Shown here: positions 57,762-64,000 of the stretch, piece after piece
Layout: the number at the start of each line of letters is the position of its first letter
How positions within the stretch are numbered: position 1 is the first letter of the stretch
Source: Auanema rhodensis
Taxonomy: Eukaryota; Animalia; Nematoda
Length of the DNA stretch: 64,000 nucleotides
Direction: 5' to 3'
NCBI GenBank assembly: GCA_964057225.1
Contig: OZ059898.1
Coordinates: 17,422,001-17,486,000, forward strand
Program-made: the position numbers and the translations under genes
The notes under the pieces: model-generated
Databases searched by the model: none
What the model saw: the letters and a program-made list of their open reading frames with translations, nothing else
What the model was told of the DNA's origin: nothing

Positions 57762-60569
57762 TATTTTGAAATTTTTCGAAAAAATTTTTGTCAAAATGTT
57801 TTTGGAAGCAATGTTGAGTGAACATGGAAACTCAACATACACTAATGCATCATTTTTCAAACAATCATAACTAATTTTTGTATTAAGCGTTTCTCAATGT
57901 AGTATAGTGCATTTGATGCGGATTTTTAAGCTGCGTCGATCTGTGTTATCAGATTTGCGCTAGCTTAAAAATGCACCGAGATATCAACTGATATAAGTTC
58001 ACACTTATATCCTCGAATTTCACCCTGAAGAAATAATTTTTTCGTTGAATAACATTGTCCATCGTCTTCGCCTTGAAAAAAGGAATCTAAAAACATCTAC
58101 TTTTTGCTAAATTATTTTGAAGTTTTTCGAAAAAATTTTTGTCAAAATGTTTTTGGAAGCAATGTTGAGTGTACATGGAAACTCAACATACACTAATGCA
58201 TCATTTTTCAAACGATCATAACTAATTTTTGTATTAAGCGTTTCTCAATGTAGTATAGTGCATTCGATGCGGAATTTTAAGCTGCGTCGATCTGTGTTAT
58301 CAGATTTGCGCTAGCTTAAAAATGCACCGAGATATCAACTGATATAAGTTCACAATTATATCCTCGATTTTCACCCTGAAGAAATAATTTTTTCGTTGAA
58401 TAACATTGTCCATCGTCTTTGCCTTGAAAAAAGGAATCTAAAAACATCTACTTTTTGCTAAATTATTTTGAAGTTTTTTGAAAAAATTTTTGTCAAAATG
58501 TTTTTGGAAGCAATGTTGAGTGTACATGGAAACTCAACATACACTAATGCATCATTTTTCAAACGATCATAACTAATTTTTGTATTAAGCGTTTCTCAAT
58601 GTAGTATAGTGCATTCGATGCGGATTTTTAAGCTGCGTCGATCTGTGTTATGAGATTTGCGCTAGCTTAAAAATGCACCGAGATATCAACTGATATAAGT
58701 TCACACTTATATCCTCGATTTTCACCCTGAAGAATTAATTTTTTCGTTGAATAACATTGTCCATCGTCTTTGCCTTGAAAAAAGGAATCTAAAAACATCT
58801 ACTTTTTGCTAAATTATTTTGAAATTTTTCGAAAAAATTTTTGTCAAAATGTTTTTGGAAGCAATGTTGAGTGAACATGGAAACTCAACATACACTAATG
58901 CATCATTTTTCAAACAATCATAACTAATTTTTGTATCAAGCGTTTCTCAATGTAGTATAGTGCATTCGATGCGGATTTTTAAGCTGCGTCGATCTGTGTT
59001 ATCAGATTTGCGCTAGCTTAAAAATGCACCGAGATATCAACTGATATAAGTTCACACTTATATCCTCGATTTTAACCCTGAAGAATTAATTTTTTCGTTG
59101 AATAACATTGTCCATCGTCTTTGCCTTGAAAAAAGGAATCTAAAAACATCTACTTTTTGCTAAATTATTTTGAAATTTTTCGAAAAAATTTTTGTCAAAA
59201 TGTTTTTGGAAGCAATGTTGAGTGAACATGGAAACTCAACATACACTAATGCATCATTTTTCAAACAATCATAACTAATTTTTGTATTAAGCGTTTCTCA
59301 ATGTAGTATAGTGCATTTGATGCGGATTTTTAAGCTGCGTCGATCTGTGTTATCAGATTTGCGCTAGCTTAAAAATGCACCGAGATATCAACTGATATAA
59401 GTTCACACTTATATCCTCGAATTTCACCCTGAAGAAATAATTTTTTCGTTGAATAACATTGTCCATCGTCTTCGCCTTGAAAAAAGGAATCTAAAAACAT
59501 CTACTTTTTGCTAAATTATTTTGAAGTTTTTCGAAAAAATTTTTGTCAAAATGTTTTTGGAAGCAATGTTGAGTGTACATGGAAACTCAACATACACTAA
59601 TGCATCATTTTTCAAACGATCATAACTAATTTTTGTATTAAGCGTTTCTCAATGTAGTATAGTGCATTCGATGCGGAATTTTAAGCTGCGTCGATCTGTG
59701 TTATCAGATTTGCGCTAGCTTAAAAATGCACCGAGATATCAACTGATATAAGTTCACAATTATATCCTCGATTTTCACCCTGAAGAAATAATTTTTTCGT
59801 TGAATAACATTGTCCATCGTCTTTGCCTTGAAAAAAGGAATCTAAAAACATCTACTTTTTGCTAAATTATTTTGAAGTTTTTTGAAAAAATTTTTGTCAA
59901 AATGTTTTTGGAAGCAATGTTGAGTGTACATGGAAACTCAACATACACTAATGCATCATTTTTCAAACGATCATAACTAATTTTTGTATTAAGCGTTTCT
60001 CAATGTAGTATAGTGCATTCGATGCGGATTTTTAAGCTGCGTCGATCTGTGTTATGAGATTTGCGCTAGCTTAAAAATGCACCGAGATATCAACTGATAT
60101 AAGTTCACACTTATATCCTCGATTTTCACCCTGAAGAATTAATTTTTTCGTTGAATAACATTGTCCATCGTCTTTGCCTTGAAAAAAGGAATCTAAAAAC
60201 ATCTACTTTTTGCTAAATTATTTTGAAATTTTTCGAAAAAATTTTTGTCAAAATGTTTTTGGAAGCAATGTTGAGTGAACATGGAAACTCAACATACACT
60301 AATGCATCATTTTTCAAACAATCATAACTAATTTTTGTATCAAGCGTTTCTCAATGTAGTATAGTGCATTCGATGTGGATTTTTAAGCTGCGTCGATCTG
60401 TGTTATCAGATTTGCGCTAACTTAAAAATGCACCGAGATATCAACTGATATAAGTTCACACTTATATCCTCGATTTTCACCCTGAAGAAATAATTTTTTC
60501 GTTGAATAACATTGTCCATCGTCTTTGCCTTGAAAAAAGGAATCTAAAAACATCTACTTTTTGCTAAAT
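57762..60569. repeat. 4-monomer (1404-bp) tandem duplication, M166-169 / M170-173
   Basis: GGAATTTTAAG plus CACAATTAT variants in monomers at 58113 and 59517; CGAATTTC in monomers at 57762 and 59166. Confidence 0.88.
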
Positions 60570-63500
60570 TATTCTGAAATTTTTCGAAAAAATTTTTGTC
60601 AAAATGTTTTTGGAAGCAATGTTGAGTGTACATGGAAACTCAACATACACTAATGCATCATTTTTCAAACGATCATAACTAATTTCTGTATTAAGCGTTT
60701 CGCAATGTAGCATAGTGCATTCGATGCGGATTTTTAAGCTGCGTCGATCTGTGTTATCAGATTTGCGCTAGCTTAAAAATGCACCGAGATATCAATTGAT
60801 ATAAGTTCACACTTATATCCTCGATTTTCACCCTGAAGAATTAATTTTTTCGTTGAATAACATTGTCCATCGTCTTTGCCTTGAAAAAAGGAATCTAAAA
60901 ACATCTACTTTTTGCTAAATTATTTTGAAGTTTTTTGAAAAAATTTTTGTCAAAATGTTTTTGGAAGCAATGTTGAGTGTACATGGAAACTCAACATACA
61001 CTAATGCATCATTTTTCAAACGATCATAACTAATTTCTGTATTAAGCGTTTCGCAATGTAGCATAGTGCATTCGATGCGGATTTTTAAGCTGCGTCGATC
61101 TGTGTTATGAGATTTGCGCTAGCTTAAAAATGCACCGAGATATCAACTGATATAAGTTCACACTTATATCCTCGATTTTCACCCTGAAGAATTAATTTTT
61201 TCGTTGAATAACATTGTCCATCGTCTTTGCCTTGAAAAAAGGAATCTAAAAACATCTACTTTTTGCTAAATTATTTTGAAATTTTTCGAAAAAATTTTTG
61301 TCAAAATGTTTTTGGAAGCAATGTTGAGTGTACATGGAAACTCAACATACACTAATGCATCATTTTTCAAACGATCATAACAAATTTTTGTATTAAGCGT
61401 TTCTCAATGTAGTATAGTGCATTCGATGCGGATTTTTAAGCTGCGTCGATCTGTGTTATGAGATTTGCGCTAGCTTAAAAATGCACCGAGATATCAACTG
61501 ATATAAGTTCACACTTATATCCTCGATTTTCACCCTGAAGAATTAATTTTTTCGTTGAATAACATTGTCCATCGTCTTTGCCTTGAAAAAAGGAATCTAA
61601 AAACATCTACTTTTTGCTAAATTATTTTGAAATTTTTCGAAAAAATTTTTGTCAAAATGTTTTTGGAAGCAATGTTGAGTGTACATGGAAACTCAACATA
61701 CACTAATGCATCATTTTTCAAACGATCATAACTAATTTTTGTATTAAGCGTTTCTCAATGTAGTATAGTGCATTCGATGCGGATTTTTAAGCTGCGTCGA
61801 TCTGTGTTATCAGATTTGCGCTAGCTTAAACATGCACCGAGATATCAACTGATATAAGTTCACACTTATATCCTCGATTTTCACCCTGAAGAATTAATTT
61901 TTTCGTTGAATAACATTGTCCATCGTCTTTGCCTTGAAAAAAGGAATCTAAAAACATCTACTTTTTGCTAAATTATTTTGAAGTTTTTTGAAAAAATTTT
62001 TGTCAAAATGTTTTTGGAAGCAATGTTGAGTGTACATGGAAACTCAACATACACTAATGCATCATTTTTCAAACGATCATAACTAATTTTTGTATTAAGC
62101 GTTTCTCAATGTAGTATAGTGCATTCGATGCGGATTTTTAAGCTGCGTCGATCTGTGTTATCAGATTTGCGCTAGCTTAAAAATGCACCGAGATATCAAC
62201 TGATATAAGTTCACACTTATATCCTCGATTTTCACCCTGAAGAATTAATTTTTTCGTTGAATAACATTGTCCATCGTCTTTGCCTTGAAAAAAGGAATCT
62301 AAAAACATCTACTTTTTGCTAAATTATTTTGTAATTTTTCGAAAAAATTTTTGTCAAAATGTTTTTGGAAGCAATGTTGAGTGTACATGGAAACTCAACA
62401 TACACTAACGCATCATTTTTCAAACGATCATAACTAATTTTTGTATTAAGCGTTTCTCAATGTAGTATAGTGCATTCGATGCGGATTTTTAAGCTGCGTC
62501 GATCTGTGTTATCAGATTTGCGCTAGCTTAAAAATGCACCGAGATATCAACTGATATAAGTTCACACTTATATCCTCGATTTTCACCCTGAAGAATTAAT
62601 TTTTTCGTTGAATAACATTGTCCATCGTCTTTGCCTTGAAAAAAGGAATCTAAAAACATCTACTTTTTGCTAAATTATTTTGAAGTTTTTCGAAAAAATT
62701 TTTGTCAAAATGTTTTTGGAAGCAATGTTGAGTGTACATGGAAACTCAACATACACTAATGCATCATTTTTCAAACGATCATAACTAATTTTTGTATTAA
62801 GCTTTTCTCAATGTAGTATAGTGCATTCGATGCGGATTTTTAAGCTGCGTCGATCTGTGTTATCAGATTTGCGCTAGCTTAAAAATGCACCGAGATATCA
62901 ACTGATATAAGTTCACACTTATATCCTCGATTTTCACCCTGAAGAATTAATTTTTTCGTTGAATAACATTGTCCATCGTCTTTGCCTTGAAAAAAGGAAT
63001 CTAAAAACATCTACTTTTTGCTAAATTATTTTGAAGTTTTTTGAAAAAATTTTTGTCAAAATGTTTTTGGAAGCAATGTTGAGTGTACATGGAAACTCAA
63101 CATACACTAATGCATCATTTTTCAAACGATCATAACTAATTTTTGTATTAAGCGTTTCTCAATGTAGTATAGTGCATTCGATGCGGATTTTTAAGCTGCG
63201 TCGATCTGTGTTATCAGATTTGCGCTAGCTTAAAAATGCACCGAGATATCAACTGATATAAGTTCACACTTATATCCTCGATTTTCACCCTGAAGAATTA
63301 ATTTTTTCGTTGAATAACATTGTCCATCGTCTTTGCCTTGAAAAAAGGAATCTAAAAACATCTACTTTTTGCTAAATTATTTTGTAATTTTTCGAAAAAA
63401 TTTTTGTCAAAATGTTTTTGGAAGCAATGTTGAGTGTACATGGAAACTCAACATACACTAACGCATCATTTTTCAAACGATCATAACTAATTTTTGTATT

Positions 63501-64000
63501 AAGCGTTTCTCAATGTAGTATAGTGCATTCGATGCGGATTTTTAAGCTGCGTCGATCTGTGTTATCAGATTTGCGCTAGCTTAAAAATGCACCGAGATAT
63601 CAACTGATATAAGTTCACACTTATATCCTCGATTTTAACCCTGAAGAATTAATTTTTTCGTTGAATAACATTGTCCATCGTCTTTGCCTTGAAAAAAGGA
63701 ATCTAAAAACATCTACTTTTTGCTAAATTATTTTGAAATTTTTCGAAAAAATTTTTGTCAAAATGTTTTTGGAAGCAATGTTGAGTGAACATGGAAACTC
63801 AACATACACTAATGCATCATTTTTCAAACAATCATAACTAATTTTTGTATTAAGCGTTTCTCAATGTAGTATAGTGCATTTGATGCGGATTTTTAAGCTG
63901 CGTCGATCTGTGTTATCAGATTTGCGCTAGCTTAAAAATGCACCGAGATATCAACTGATATAAGTTCACACTTATATCCTCGATTTTCACCCTGAAGAAA

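Larger units (their letters stand above)
1..64000. repeat. Tandem satellite DNA array, 351-bp AT-rich monomer, 182 complete copies plus 1 partial, head-to-tail
   Basis: TATT(T/C)TGAAATTTTTCGAAAAAA recurs at 1, 352, ... 7021 (=1+20x351) ... 63729. The register can be followed through the whole window with only 8 length variants. No unique sequence or inversion seen. The array runs off both window ends. Confidence 0.99.

Noticed and set aside
1-64000. CRISPR array or other repeat-spacer system
   Set aside because: No unique spacers; whole 351-bp units are near-identical and no cas or other genes are present.
1-64000. Artefactual concatemer (rolling-circle amplification or over-expanded assembly)
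   Set aside because: Linked, position-structured SNP haplotypes and heritable indels indicate a genuinely evolved array, though individual duplications still need read support.

Overview
The whole 64 kb window is one uninterrupted head-to-tail satellite DNA array, most likely eukaryotic (peri)centromeric or heterochromatic; I cannot name the host or family. The monomer is 351 bp and about 30.5% GC (107/351 in monomer 1). There are 182 complete monomers plus a 272-bp partial one, all in one orientation and differing by a few SNPs each. Only eight monomers deviate in length: five of 302 bp (same 49-bp deletion), one of 444 bp (93-bp complex internal duplication) and two of 350 bp; 182x351-245+93-2=63728, so there is no room for foreign DNA. 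All six reading frames are closed in the monomer, and I found no genes, RNA genes, transposons or CRISPR. The points of interest are (i) a monomer densely packed with dyads, including a ~51-nt hairpin, (ii) rearrangement breakpoints at dyad centres or loops, (iii) variant-defined sub-domains whose sharpest boundary coincides with the 444-bp monomer at ~32.4-32.8 kb, and (iv) a patchwork of recent 2- to 11-monomer duplications plus long-range variant sharing instead of one fixed higher-order repeat. I see no evidence for a novel gene system. Monomer positions (pN) count from the TATT(T/C)TGAA start at window base 1; Mn is the nth monomer. Variant typing was done by eye.
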